A program made the translations under genes and the position numbers. From an uncultured cyanobacterium (lineage in GTDB: Bacteria; Cyanobacteriota; Cyanobacteriia; Cyanobacteriales; CAWUOF01): DNA of 64,000 nt. The stretch's first letter is position 1; each line of letters begins with the position of its first letter. The notes beneath the pieces were generated by a model. It ran no database searches, was not told the origin of the DNA, and worked only from the letters and a program-made list of their open reading frames with translations. Shown piece by piece: positions 31,551-42,234 of this stretch. Location of the stretch: positions 4,032,001 through 4,096,000 of the forward strand of contig CAVUSO010000001.1 in NCBI GenBank assembly GCA_963744145.1, in the 5' to 3' direction.

Positions 31551-31611
31551 CGCAAAATTTTTAAAATAAATAAAGTTAAGATCGGTGCAAATCATTTTAT
31601 TGAATTAGACC

Positions 31612-31929
31612 ATGACCAATCTTACTCCAATTAACACCACCAATCAGACCGGATTACTTAGTCCGCTCCAGGAAAAGTTAACCCAATTCAGTACCCTAGA
31701 ATTAGCCCAAGCTTTAGCCGAACGAATGGCCATTAATGATCAAGATTGGCATCGTTTAAAATCTAATCGTCCAGCCCGGGCTGGTGAACAAGTCACTGCT
31801 GCGTTAATTTTGTTAATTCAAGATCAACCCGCAGAAGCTTTAATTAGATTACAACAGGCATCTGGTTGGCTAGATCGTTCTGTCAGCGCACCTCCCTGTC
31901 CTACCCACGGACATCGGGACGCCAAATAG
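31612..31929 (+). CDS. DUF6439-like cyanobacterial protein
   Basis: ELAQALAERM..DWHRLK.NR..RA.EQ, PPCPTHG. Confidence 0.75.
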   Translation: MTNLTPINTTNQTGLLSPLQEKLTQFSTLELAQALAERMAINDQDWHRLKSNRPARAGEQVTAALILLIQDQPAEALIRLQQASGWLDRSVSAPPCPTHGHRDAK

Positions 31930-32065
31930 GCCCCATCCTGGTGATGATAGAGAATTAATCAGATTGTTGATTGTCCCGATCGCACAATTTTGGTAAAAAA
32001 AATTGACATTAGACAACCGACAATCTACAATATCTATTTTCAATGCTTAAACTATACTTACCTGG

Positions 32066-32515
32066 TTATCTAACCAGGGGGAAGCGCCGGGAATTTTTGA
32101 CCCGTTTACAGAGTCTCAATTCCGTCCCCTGAGAATTCCAATCAACTTGATCGAAGATTTGGTAGAGAATAAATACTCCTCGACCACATTCCCCATCTAG
32201 ATCAGGAATTTGGTTAGAATCATCATCATCACAACAAGAAGGAGGACTAAACCCACCTCCTTGATCGGAAATTACCCACCAATATTCGTTTTGGACTACA
32301 GAGAACTGAACCAAAACTTTTTTACTGGGATCTAGTTTATTGCCATGTTTGGCTGCATTGACTAGAGCTTCCTGTAAACCTAACCTTAGCTCTGCTTGCC
32401 ATTGGTGAGGGATATCTGCCAATAGCAAATCCAAGATTGGACAAAGATAGAGCGTAGAGGCGAAGCTAATTGTACTCCAATTACGTCCACTTGGACAAAG
32501 TGAGATAGCAATCAC
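32066..32515 (-). CDS. pmgA: PmgA-like anti-sigma factor/kinase (HATPase_c_2)
   Basis: SFASTLYLCPILDLLL, LQEALVNAAKHGN, ECGRG; GTG start at 32515. Confidence 0.85.
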   Translation of the reverse strand: MIAISLCPSGRNWSTISFASTLYLCPILDLLLADIPHQWQAELRLGLQEALVNAAKHGNKLDPSKKVLVQFSVVQNEYWWVISDQGGGFSPPSCCDDDDSNQIPDLDGECGRGVFILYQIFDQVDWNSQGTELRLCKRVKNSRRFPLVR

Positions 32516-32670
32516 AGAAAAAAACCCCTTAGCTTTCGGGTAGATAGACATCAGTTGGAGCGGGTTAAGCACCCTGATCGCTGAACCACCAAGGTTGCAC
32601 CCAAACTTAAGTCAGTCAACAACTTTTTTCATAACGCTAGGGATGACTTATTATCTTCTTTAGCTATAAA
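32500..32670 (-). ncRNA. ssrS: probable 6S RNA (ends approximate)
   Basis: Long irregular hairpin closed by CCCUAGC/GCUAAGGG with an A-rich internal region; resembles cyanobacterial 6S from memory. Confidence 0.55.
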
Positions 32671-32790
32671 AGTTACATAAGTTAAGACCTATGATTTCTT
32701 TTCCCAATTTGATTCTAGCACGTTTAAGCCGATTAATATCTTCTGAAAACCGAAGAATTTACAAGATTATTTAAGACCTAAATAGGGGTA

Positions 32791-32928
32791 ATACCAATTT
32801 AATGTGAAGTTGCATAGAGCTAGATCCCCCTCGCATCCCCCTTAACAAGGGGGACTTTAAATTCATGCTCCCCCTTTTTAAGGGGGTTGGGGGGATCGGA
32901 TTATATGTAGCTTCATAAAAAATTGATA
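32791..32928. repeat. MITE/REP-like element
   Basis: Ends ATACCAATT / AATTGATAT; internal CCCCCTT..AAGGGGG palindromes. Confidence 0.7.
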
Positions 32929-32969
32929 TAAGGCAGTTGAGGGGTGTGACCAGACAGGGAGCAGAGGTT

Positions 32970-33599
32970 TTAATGCTCAAAAATCCCCTGAAATTGCAGT
33001 AAATCAAGAGAAACTAGCACTGATAAGGTCTGGAAGCATTGTTGCGCCAATTCCCAGCGGTTTTCGCGTTTTAGCATGATAGTTAATTGGTGATGGAGAC
33101 TAATCAAATAACGGACATCATTAGCTGCATAGCGTAGTTGTTCCTCAGATAGATTCGTGGGATTACCCCAATCGGAGCTCTGAGCGGTTTTATCAAGTTC
33201 TACCTGCTCTAGTTCTTGGACTAATTCCTTCAGTCCATGTTTATTCGTGTAAGTACGAGCTAATTTACTAGCGATTTTGGTACAAAAAACTGGGGCAACA
33301 TGAATGTCCAGATAATAGCGTAAAGTCGCCAAATCAAACCGAGCAAAATGAAATACCTTATTTATAGTTGGCGTTTCCATCAGTTGTTTTAAATTGGGGG
33401 CTTCAGTCTGTCCCTGAGCAATCCGGACTACTGTAACTCGACCATGGGGATCGCACAATTGCACTAAACACAAGCGATCGCGCAGCGGTAATAAGCCCAT
33501 TGTTTCAGTATCCACCGCGATCGCCGACTGAGCTAAATAATTGACCAATTGCTGCGGATCAAGATCGCGATCGCAGACCTGAAAGTCATCAAATACCAT
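32970..33599 (-). CDS. rnd: ribonuclease D-like 3'-5' exonuclease
   Basis: AVDTETMGL, KVFHFARFD, SSDW, YAANDV. Confidence 0.9.
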   Translation of the reverse strand: MVFDDFQVCDRDLDPQQLVNYLAQSAIAVDTETMGLLPLRDRLCLVQLCDPHGRVTVVRIAQGQTEAPNLKQLMETPTINKVFHFARFDLATLRYYLDIHVAPVFCTKIASKLARTYTNKHGLKELVQELEQVELDKTAQSSDWGNPTNLSEEQLRYAANDVRYLISLHHQLTIMLKRENRWELAQQCFQTLSVLVSLDLLQFQGIFEH

Positions 33600-33688
33600 A
33601 ATCTTGAGTAGAGATAGCAAAACACTAATTACCCCCCCTTCCCTAGTAGGGAAGGGGGTTGGGGGGTTAGGTCCGACGCCCCTAAATC

Positions 33689-34957
33689 TTAAATTTGGGC
33701 AGAGCCATTAATATTGAGAAACTTAGCGACTGTTTGCACATCCTTATCTCCCCGTCCGGAACAATTAATCACAATCCGCAGATTACCACTAACTTGAGGA
33801 CAAAGAGTTTCTAAATAGGCGATCGCGTGAGCTGTTTCCAGAGCTGGAATAATTCCTTCCAACTTAGACAAACGTTCAAACGCTTTCAAAGCTTCCTGAT
33901 CCGTGACACTATAATATTCAGCCCGACTGCTATCTTTCAAATAGCTATGTTCCGGACCAACACCAGGATAATCTAAACCAGCACTAATCGAATGGGGTTC
34001 AATCACCTGACCATCTTCATCTTGCAGCAAATAACTCATGGCACCATGCAAAACACCAATCCTTCCTTCAGTTAAAGTTGCAGCGTGCTTATTAGTATTA
34101 ACTCCTTCTCCTGCGGCTTCAACCCCAATCAGTCTGACACAGGGATCATCAACAAATTCGTGAAATAAACCCATCGCGTTCGATCCACCACCAACACAAG
34201 CAAGCAAAATATCCGGTGTTCCTCCCCATTTTTCTAGACATTGATCTCGAGTTTCCCGACCAATAATTGCCTGAAAATCGCGTACTATCATGGGATAAGG
34301 ATGAGGACCAGCAACCGATCCCAAAATATAATGGGTATTCTCCACATTAGTTACCCAATCACGAATTGCTTCTGAAGTCGCATCCTTTAATGTCCCTGTG
34401 CCCGCTGCTACTGGACGCACTTGGGCTCCCATTAACCGCATCCGAAATACATTTAAAGCTTGACGTTCCATATCATGAACGTCCATATAAATTACACAAT
34501 CAATCCCAAACCGAGCGCATACAGTAGCTGTAGCGACACCATGTTGACCCGCACCAGTTTCAGCAATAATCCGCTTTTTGCCCATCCGTTTGGCTAACAG
34601 TGCTTGAGCCAGGGCATTATTAATTTTATGTGCCCCAGTATGATTTAAGTCTTCTCTTTTTAAATATATTTGTGGACTAGTACCATCGCTACTGGTATAA
34701 TGGCTTGTCAGACGTTCTGCAAAATAAAGAGGACTAGGACGTCCCACATAATCCCGTAATAATTGCTGAAGTTCTGTTTGAAATGCTGCATCAGTACGAC
34801 ATTCCTGATAAGCTGCTTCTAGCTCAAATAGTGCGGGCATTAAAGTTTCTGGGACATATTTGCCCCCAAATTGACCAAAGCGCCCGAACGCATCTGGTCG
34901 CTGCACAGAACTATGGTTAGGTAATTGAGAAATAGATGAGAGGGGTATAGCAGTCAC
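33689..34957 (-). CDS. trpB: tryptophan synthase beta chain
   Basis: [36 protein letters not shown]; start uncertain (GTG 34957). Confidence 0.97.
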   Translation of the reverse strand: MTAIPLSSISQLPNHSSVQRPDAFGRFGQFGGKYVPETLMPALFELEAAYQECRTDAAFQTELQQLLRDYVGRPSPLYFAERLTSHYTSSDGTSPQIYLKREDLNHTGAHKINNALAQALLAKRMGKKRIIAETGAGQHGVATATVCARFGIDCVIYMDVHDMERQALNVFRMRLMGAQVRPVAAGTGTLKDATSEAIRDWVTNVENTHYILGSVAGPHPYPMIVRDFQAIIGRETRDQCLEKWGGTPDILLACVGGGSNAMGLFHEFVDDPCVRLIGVEAAGEGVNTNKHAATLTEGRIGVLHGAMSYLLQDEDGQVIEPHSISAGLDYPGVGPEHSYLKDSSRAEYYSVTDQEALKAFERLSKLEGIIPALETAHAIAYLETLCPQVSGNLRIVINCSGRGDKDVQTVAKFLNINGSAQI

Positions 34958-35103
34958 AGTAGAAAAATAAAATTTAGAGAACAAATCTTATTATAGGTAA
35001 TTTAGGAACTCTTTAAAAAACTTGCCAATTGCCGCTAAGACCCAGAAATGGTTCAATTTGCTCAAAAACTGAACCATATTGGTTTATAGTTAATATCTTT
35101 TTT

Positions 35104-35437
35104 TCAAAGAAACTCTATATGATTCTGCATATCTGACGGTTCAAGAACTTCCCAAATCAAAATTAAGCCACGCACAACTTCACCAAGTGAACGACTATTT
35201 TGATGACAGTAAGCAATACCATAATGTTCTAATCCGCGTTGATGAAGTGCTAAAAAATCATCATCCTTGGTAAAAAATTACTCGCTTTTGAGAAATCGCA
35301 AAAACTAATTGTTCTTCATCTGTTGCACCTAAAAGTTGTGCTTCTGATGTAGTCGTGACATCAATATTCCGTCTTCTTAAAGCTTCGGCGATCGCCAATT
35401 CAACTTGTTCATCCAAATGAAACCGGATCTTTTCCAA
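35104..35437 (-). pseudogene. DUF5615 PIN-like toxin, frameshifted in the homopolymer at 35272-35277
   Basis: Manual translation: KIRFHLDEQV...GATDEEQL...RVIF / TKDDDFL...HYGIAY...HIEFL*; one extra T; absent from the ORF track. Confidence 0.8.
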
Positions 35438-35744
35438 GCTTCTGCCCTCTTAATTTCTGCTGCACCTTGGAAGGAATTTTTGTTTGCAATTCCTGCACAA
35501 AAGCTTCACTCTCTCGTATTTGTTGGCGAATTTCCTCAAGATGGTCGTGATAATAGGCCAAAGCTGTATACACATCTGCTAAAGTGATGGTGGGATAGCG
35601 CGACACAATTTCATCAGGAGACATTCCCATCTGTTCATGCCATAAGACAATATCTTGAACTCTAATCCGATGTCCAGCAATGCGCGGTTTACCACCGCAT
35701 ACTCCGGGCGTAATTTCAATATGTTCTGCAATAACTGCTGTCAT
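35409..35744 (-). CDS. DUF433 antitoxin
   Basis: PGVCGGKPRIAGHRIRV, YPTITLADVYTALAYY; overlaps the DUF5615 gene start. Confidence 0.92.
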   Translation of the reverse strand: MTAVIAEHIEITPGVCGGKPRIAGHRIRVQDIVLWHEQMGMSPDEIVSRYPTITLADVYTALAYYHDHLEEIRQQIRESEAFVQELQTKIPSKVQQKLRGQKLGKDPVSFG

Positions 35745-35887
35745 TGGATTTCCTCAAATTTTCAGCTAGCATTTATATTAGTTTATCCCAATCGAAAAGT
35801 ACCAATGATCCTAATGGTGAATCTGCAAGTTTATAGTTGGGATTAAGTCTAAACATAACCAGGCTTTGCTCCCAACTACATTCTAGC

Positions 35888-36478
35888 TCAAATCTGGATT
35901 TCATCAGCAAAGCTAACTTTACGCACAAAATGAAATGGTCCAGCTACCGCTCCCCAAATATGTTCGTGGCTTTCCACATCTCTGCCTCGATCGTGACTGA
36001 TAAATAATTTATCGTCAATTTCAAAGGTACTATCTAGATAAGTAGTATGACCGTTACGCACGACTATACAACCTTTACCTGCTTCTACTTCTCCGTGAAA
36101 ACTATGTCCTGTCCATTTGACAATAAAATTGCAATGTGGTAGTTTTTGCAACTGCTCCACTTTCAATCCTTGCAGAAGTTTTAGATCACGCGCAGCTCCG
36201 TAAAAAAGATGTTCATCCTTCACCGCATAATTTTCAATTTCAATGCGATCGCTATAGGGAACTAACTTCAATACTCGGATGCGATAGGGTTGACTCAGCA
36301 GATAATCATAAGCTTGCTCTACATACAAACTTACCCCTGATAAAAATTCTCCTGGTAAGGGACGCATACAAACACGAATATGGGCAAAAAATGGAGGATT
36401 TTCAAAAGCTTGCTCTTGATTACTAAAATCCGCTGCCATCCATCTAGCTAGGGTGGCAATATCCTGAGAATGAGTCAT
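35888..36478 (-). CDS. cpcT: CpcT/CpeT phycobiliprotein lyase
   Basis: LARWMAADFSNQEQAFENPPFFAHI, PYRIRV, SHDRGRD, WGA..GPF. Confidence 0.92.
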   Translation of the reverse strand: MTHSQDIATLARWMAADFSNQEQAFENPPFFAHIRVCMRPLPGEFLSGVSLYVEQAYDYLLSQPYRIRVLKLVPYSDRIEIENYAVKDEHLFYGAARDLKLLQGLKVEQLQKLPHCNFIVKWTGHSFHGEVEAGKGCIVVRNGHTTYLDSTFEIDDKLFISHDRGRDVESHEHIWGAVAGPFHFVRKVSFADEIQI

Positions 36479-36543
36479 TGGTTCGGCTAAATCCAAAAAA
36501 GTAATGGTTTTGAGTATGTTTAAAATTACCATACATTATTGAA

Positions 36544-38010
36544 TTGAGCTGGGAAAAAAACCATCCTGAAATCTGCATCCTGATCATCTACCAGGTAGGG
36601 ACAATTTATAAATTGTCCATTATTCCTGTTTTTCCTGGCGATCGAGTGTATGCTGATCACAGATTAGTATCAACAGGAATGATAATGATCCCGAAGGATG
36701 ATCGCTTATATTCTCTCCCCATCATTCAGTGCTTTAGCTTGATTGTAGCTAGTGCTATTGTTTTGATGGGTGGGAATGGAATGACATCCCCAGGTCCGAG
36801 TGCCGAGCGATCGCGCTGGCAACATCATGTGGATGCTTTAGGAGGTGAAGAAAATCCAGCGACCGATTTAGTACCGATTAATCCCCTTGGACCAGATGAG
36901 TTTCCCGCTAATCCTTTAGAAATTAATGTCCCTGATCCCTTATTACCCGATCCAAAACAACCTCTGAGTCAAGCCGATCGCGATCAATTGGTAAGTGATT
37001 TAGACCGATTAAATCTTGAGGCAAATCATAACCTGCAATTAGGTAATGGGATTCAAGCTTTTGATATTTGGAATCGTGTGATTCGTTTAAACAGAGCTTT
37101 AGGTCCTCAAGCAGAAATAGCAGAGTTGGGAAAAGTTGGGTCGATCGCTTGGGAAAAAAATCAGCCTACCGAAGTTAGATATATTACTGAAAGATTAGAA
37201 ACACTTCACAAACAGGTTGAGAGTAACCCCCAAGATCCCGATCGCACGGTTTTGTTGACAGCATTAGGCACATCATTTAAACTAGTTAGAGATCGGGATG
37301 CTGCCTTAATGGTATATGGAGAAATTCTTACTGACGCTCGGGCACAGCAAGATGCCAAAACAGAAGAAGATACATTAAATACTATTGCCGAAATTGATTT
37401 GAATTGGTTTGATTATCCTCAAGCCGTTGATACCTATCAGCAGTTATTAGCTTTAGCACAAAAAAATGGCGATCAGTTAAAACAGATAAATTATTTAAAA
37501 CAACTTGCTTATATTCACACCCAAGCTCGACAACCACAGCAAGCTTTAGAAGCTAATCTTGCCCTAGCAAGTATATATTTAGACCAAAAACAGTTTCAGC
37601 TAATTCCAGCCTTACAATTAGAGATCGCTGGTGAATATGAAACTCTCAACCAACTCAATCAATCCGCAAAAACCTATCAAGATGCCTATTCTTTAGCTTG
37701 GTCAACGCAACAGTTTAACTATGCTGGAGAAGCTTTATTAAAATTAGCTATTTTATACCGATCGCATAATCAAATTAATGCTGCTTTACAAGTATATCGA
37801 GTGCTTTTAGATGTAGACCAACGAGCTTATGATGTTTATGGCTTAATGAATACCTACGATCAAATTGGACAAATATATCAAGCTCGTCAAGCATACCCCC
37901 AAGCAAGAGCAGCTTTTGAAAATGGCTTAAAATTAGCTAAACAGTTAGGCTATCGCGAAGATTACTTTTCCAAACAAATTCAACAAGTAGATCAAGCTCC
38001 AACTCCCTAG
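36544..38010 (+). CDS. TPR-repeat exported protein (true start probably ~36678)
   Basis: Helical TPR-like repeats; hydrophobic signal-like segment. Confidence 0.75.
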   Translation: MSWEKNHPEICILIIYQVGTIYKLSIIPVFPGDRVYADHRLVSTGMIMIPKDDRLYSLPIIQCFSLIVASAIVLMGGNGMTSPGPSAERSRWQHHVDALGGEENPATDLVPINPLGPDEFPANPLEINVPDPLLPDPKQPLSQADRDQLVSDLDRLNLEANHNLQLGNGIQAFDIWNRVIRLNRALGPQAEIAELGKVGSIAWEKNQPTEVRYITERLETLHKQVESNPQDPDRTVLLTALGTSFKLVRDRDAALMVYGEILTDARAQQDAKTEEDTLNTIAEIDLNWFDYPQAVDTYQQLLALAQKNGDQLKQINYLKQLAYIHTQARQPQQALEANLALASIYLDQKQFQLIPALQLEIAGEYETLNQLNQSAKTYQDAYSLAWSTQQFNYAGEALLKLAILYRSHNQINAALQVYRVLLDVDQRAYDVYGLMNTYDQIGQIYQARQAYPQARAAFENGLKLAKQLGYREDYFSKQIQQVDQAPTP

Positions 38011-38202
38011 GTTATCAATAACTTAACCTTTTGATTACCAGATCCTCACCTATTCCTAGATTTGAGCCAATAATATGGATGAGGGAGGATCGGAGGTTAT
38101 TGGCTTTTTTGGCGAAAGTTGTTATTTATACCCCAACTTAGCCGGTAAACAAAACCCGATGGCCTTGCCGAATTGGTCCCAACTTTAGTAGATAAAAATT
38201 TT

Positions 38203-38814
38203 ATGACGATCGCTACTTTTGACTTACCACCACAAATCCGTCATCTGGAAGAGCAAATCTTAGCAAATCGGGGCGAACTTTTGGCTTCTGAATCTGCACA
38301 AAAATTCAGTCGTCGTGAAGTCATCCCACTGTGGCATGGGATATTATGGAAAATTGACAAAGGAATGGTGCGGACTTTAACTTGGAGTGAAGAAGGAACC
38401 ATTATTACCTTGGGGATTTGGGGTCCGGGGGATATTGTGGGGAAAGCTCTATCGGGAATCGATCCTTATCAAATCGAATGTTTAGGTAACACTGAGGTCA
38501 CGATCATCCCCTCCCATTTAACTAACGAAACATCAGGAGCAATGCTCAAACATATTCAGCAAGCACAAGAACTATTGGGAATTATTCGTCGAGAACGGGT
38601 TTATTTTTGCTTACTGCAATTATTGTTATGGTTAGGAGAAAAATTTGGTAGCAAAATGGAACAGGGCTGGTCGTTGGATTTACCTCTAACACATCAAGAT
38701 ATGGCTGATGTAATTGGGACAACAAGAGTAACTGTGACCCGCTTACTCAAACAGTTTCAGGATGAAGGAATCATCAAACGACAACGACGTCGATTAATAA
38801 TTGTTCGACCCTAA
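38203..38814 (+). CDS. Crp/Fnr family transcriptional regulator
   Basis: LTHQDMADVIGTTRVTVTRLL HTH. Confidence 0.92.
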   Translation: MTIATFDLPPQIRHLEEQILANRGELLASESAQKFSRREVIPLWHGILWKIDKGMVRTLTWSEEGTIITLGIWGPGDIVGKALSGIDPYQIECLGNTEVTIIPSHLTNETSGAMLKHIQQAQELLGIIRRERVYFCLLQLLLWLGEKFGSKMEQGWSLDLPLTHQDMADVIGTTRVTVTRLLKQFQDEGIIKRQRRRLIIVRP

Positions 38815-39087
38815 AAAACTCAGATCAAAAAACAAATCTGCACTAATTTCATTTGCCTAACTTATTGCCTGGTTTAATGACTAAAAAATGCAGTACTGGG
38901 AAATATTTTGGTAATTTGGCACCAAAAGTGGAATAATTGGACTAATAAATATATATAATCAGTATCTGGTAATCTATACTACATTAAAATCAAAAAAAAA
39001 TTAACAAAACCGTAAAAAGTAACAATAAAATATTATATAATCGGCAGGATGTTAAGAATAGTTGATTTAGGTGTGAGGTATAGGGTG

Positions 39088-40848
39088 ATGTTAAAAATAG
39101 GTTCGGACACTCTTTTAAATAGCTCCTTAATCGTAGCGACCAGCTTATTAGTAGCTAATAGCGCGATCGCCGCCGAGACCAGTGAATCTGGTGTCTTGGG
39201 TGAGGGAAATTCTCTAGAGCAAACCCAACAATATGGCCAAGCCTCCGAAGGAATGGACCAAATAACTTCCGTTTCCCAACTGCGGGACGTACAGCCGACC
39301 GACTGGGCATTCCAAGCATTGCAAAGCTTGGTAGAGCGTTATGGATGTATCGCGGGATATCCAGATGGCACATTTCGGGGTAATAAACCCATGACCCGAT
39401 TTGAATTTGCCGCAGGGTTAAATGCTTGTATGGAGAAAGTGACTCAGCTCATTAGTGGTTCTAGTGGTGGTAGTGTCACTAAAAGCGATTTAGCCGTCCT
39501 GCAAAAACTGCAAGAGCAATTTTCGGCTGAGTTAGCCACCCTGCGGGGCAGGGTAGATTCTTTAGAAGCTCGTACTGCTGAGTTAGAAGCAAAGCAGTTT
39601 TCCACCACCACCAAACTCAGAGGTGAAGCAATTTTCGCCGTAGAAGATTTGGTTGGTAATAATGGTCGTCTAGCGGTATCTTCCCGACAGAAAAAAGCAG
39701 CTCTAAACTCATTACAAGACAATGCAGTTTTAGCAGATCGGGTCCGGCTCAACTTTGATACCAGTTTTACCGGTCAGGACTTATTGAGAACTCGTCTGCA
39801 AGCGAGAAATGACATTCAGTATGATAGCACTCGCTCAGGCACTCGGATGACCCGGTTAGGTTTTGACGGAGATAATCAAAACCAATTTACTCTAGATAAA
39901 CTCTTCTATCGTTTCCCACTGGGGAAAGCGACCACAATCCAGGTTGATGCTACTAATGCTGAGTTTAACGATAACGTAAATAACTTCAACCCATTATTTC
40001 AAGCTAGTGGGACTGGTTCCATCTCCCGTTTTGGTCGATTTAACCCCATTTACCGTCAAGTTGGTGCTTCTAGCACGAGTGGAGTCAGCACAGGTGGAGC
40101 TGCCTTAACCATCAGACAATATTTCAGCAAACAAGCTGAGCTATCTTTAGGTTATCAAGCCTTTAGCTCCAACGATCCTAGCCAAAAAGCTGGTCTATTT
40201 AATGGTGCTTATGCTGCACTTGCTCAGTTAGCGTTCAAACCTAACGACGCAGTGAATTTGGGTTTAACCTACGTTCATAACTACTTTCCTGGTGCTTCGG
40301 TGAATATGACCGGAAGTACCGGAAGTACCTACGCTTCAGCTCCCTTTGGCTCGATCGCTACTTCGGGAGATAACTTTGGGATTGAAGGAAGTTTACGTCC
40401 TAGTTCAGCCTTTGTGATTTCCGCTTGGGGTGGTTATACCATATCGACTGCGGAAGTGAATCAGAGTATCACCAAGAATGGTCTCACGACCAGAACGATC
40501 AAAAAAGGAGACACAGCCGATAGTATTAACTGGGCTGTAACTTTAGGCTTGCCCAATTTTGGTGGTAAAGGTAATCTGCTCGGTTTTGTATTTGGAATGC
40601 CACCGAAAATTACAGATACTACTCTCCGCGGTCAAAATGTCTTCGCTTCTAACGGTGTTCTCGTAGGTCAAAAGCCTTTCCGTAATGATAGTAAGGCTAC
40701 TTCTTACCATCTAGAGGCTTTCTATCGTTATCAAGTGACAGATAATATCTCCATTACTCCTGGTGCATTTGTCATTCTCGATCCAGAAGATAATAATGTC
40801 AACGGCAATATCTGGGTAGGAACTTTGCGGACTACCTTCACCTTCTAA
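39088..40848 (+). CDS. SLH-domain OprB-type outer-membrane porin
   Basis: SQLRDVQPTDWAFQALQSLVERYGC, FSTTTKL, terminal RTTFTF. Confidence 0.95.
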   Translation: MLKIGSDTLLNSSLIVATSLLVANSAIAAETSESGVLGEGNSLEQTQQYGQASEGMDQITSVSQLRDVQPTDWAFQALQSLVERYGCIAGYPDGTFRGNKPMTRFEFAAGLNACMEKVTQLISGSSGGSVTKSDLAVLQKLQEQFSAELATLRGRVDSLEARTAELEAKQFSTTTKLRGEAIFAVEDLVGNNGRLAVSSRQKKAALNSLQDNAVLADRVRLNFDTSFTGQDLLRTRLQARNDIQYDSTRSGTRMTRLGFDGDNQNQFTLDKLFYRFPLGKATTIQVDATNAEFNDNVNNFNPLFQASGTGSISRFGRFNPIYRQVGASSTSGVSTGGAALTIRQYFSKQAELSLGYQAFSSNDPSQKAGLFNGAYAALAQLAFKPNDAVNLGLTYVHNYFPGASVNMTGSTGSTYASAPFGSIATSGDNFGIEGSLRPSSAFVISAWGGYTISTAEVNQSITKNGLTTRTIKKGDTADSINWAVTLGLPNFGGKGNLLGFVFGMPPKITDTTLRGQNVFASNGVLVGQKPFRNDSKATSYHLEAFYRYQVTDNISITPGAFVILDPEDNNVNGNIWVGTLRTTFTF

Positions 40849-40877
40849 TCGGTGATTAATGTAGTTTCTCACTAAAT

Positions 40878-40906
40878 AAAACCTGCCAGATTTGGCAGGT
40901 TTTTTT
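40878..40906 (+). terminator. intrinsic terminator
   Basis: AAAACCTGCCA-GATT-TGGCAGGTTTT followed by more T. Confidence 0.85.
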
Positions 40907-40928
40907 ATAATTAATTTAATCAAAAATT

Positions 40929-42083
40929 ATGTCCTATACTTGGTTAAAAAAATCTTTAGATACTATTCATCGAGCTGATTGGTATCGTTCCGTGCAAACT
41001 ATTGAGGGAATGACTGGTGCGATCGTCAGCTTAGATGGAAAACCAGTGATTAATTTTGCTAGTAATGATTATCTTGGTTTAGCAGAGGATGCGCGTTTGA
41101 TTCAAGCTGCGATCGATGCTATCAGGGAATTTGGTACAGGTAGTACAGGTTCACGGTTATTGAGTGGACATAGACAACTTCATCAAGACTTAGAAAGCGC
41201 GATCGCTAGTTTAAAACAGACAGAAGATGCTTTAGTTTTTAGTTCTGGATATTTAGCTAATTTAGGTACAATTACGGCTATAGTTGGGAAACGAGATTTA
41301 ATTTTATCAGATCAATATAATCATTCTAGCTTAAAAAACGGCGCGATTATGAGTGGTGCTACTGTGTTAGAATTCCCTCATCAACAGATAGAAGCTTTAA
41401 AGAATCAATTAGAAATAGTACGCGATCGCTATCGTCGCTGTCTGATTATTACTGATAGTATTTTTAGCATGGATGGAGACTTATGTCAACTCCCAGAACT
41501 ATTAGATGTAGCGACTAAGTTTAGTTGTATGCTTTTAATTGATGAAGCACATGCAACTGGAGTTTTAGGAAAAAATGGTGCAGGAGCAGTAGAACATTTT
41601 CACTGTACTGGGAGGGAAATGATCCAAATTGGCACCTTAAGTAAAGCGATCGGGAGTTTAGGGGGATATGTAGCTGGATCAGCGGAATTAATCGACTATC
41701 TGCGTAACCGGGCTCCTACCTGGATTTATAGTACCAGTTTGACTCCAGCAGATACCGCAGCAGCGATCGCTGGAATTAAAATTATCCAACAGGAACCAGA
41801 AAGACGCGATCGCTTGTGGCAAAATGTAACTAATCTTAAACAAAACCTTTCTCTCCCCACATCACAAATTTTACCTTCTGGATCGCCAATTATTTGTATT
41901 CAGCTTAAAAATGCTGCTACTGCGCTTCAAGTGGGAACGGAACTCAAACAATCTGGAATATTTGTCCCAGCAATCCGACCTCCTACCGTACCTACTAGTA
42001 GAATTAGAATATCTCTCATGACCACCCATCAACCTGAACAAATTCAATACTTAGCTCAAAAGTTAAATATGATAGAAGTATAG
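40929..42083 (+). CDS. bioF: 8-amino-7-oxononanoate synthase
   Basis: [38 protein letters not shown]. Confidence 0.93.
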   Translation: MSYTWLKKSLDTIHRADWYRSVQTIEGMTGAIVSLDGKPVINFASNDYLGLAEDARLIQAAIDAIREFGTGSTGSRLLSGHRQLHQDLESAIASLKQTEDALVFSSGYLANLGTITAIVGKRDLILSDQYNHSSLKNGAIMSGATVLEFPHQQIEALKNQLEIVRDRYRRCLIITDSIFSMDGDLCQLPELLDVATKFSCMLLIDEAHATGVLGKNGAGAVEHFHCTGREMIQIGTLSKAIGSLGGYVAGSAELIDYLRNRAPTWIYSTSLTPADTAAAIAGIKIIQQEPERRDRLWQNVTNLKQNLSLPTSQILPSGSPIICIQLKNAATALQVGTELKQSGIFVPAIRPPTVPTSRIRISLMTTHQPEQIQYLAQKLNMIEV

Positions 42084-42106
42084 ATCAGACCTCTTGCAAA
42101 AATAAA

Positions 42107-42172
42107 TAGGACAGGCAAGATGCCTGTCCCACCAGAATCAATAACTTTTGTGGGACAGGCATCTTGCCTGTC
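42107..42172. repeat. REP-like doublet
   Basis: GACAGGCAAGATGCCTGTCCCAC and its inverted copy GTGGGACAGGCATCTTGCCTGTC. Confidence 0.85.
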
Positions 42173-42234
42173 AATAACATAGATCAATAAGGACTTTTGC
42201 TTTCTTGTCTATCAAACAAAAAATCGAGTCGATT

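Noticed and set aside
32771..33007. 78-aa ORF
   Set aside because: Translation of a MITE/REP palindrome
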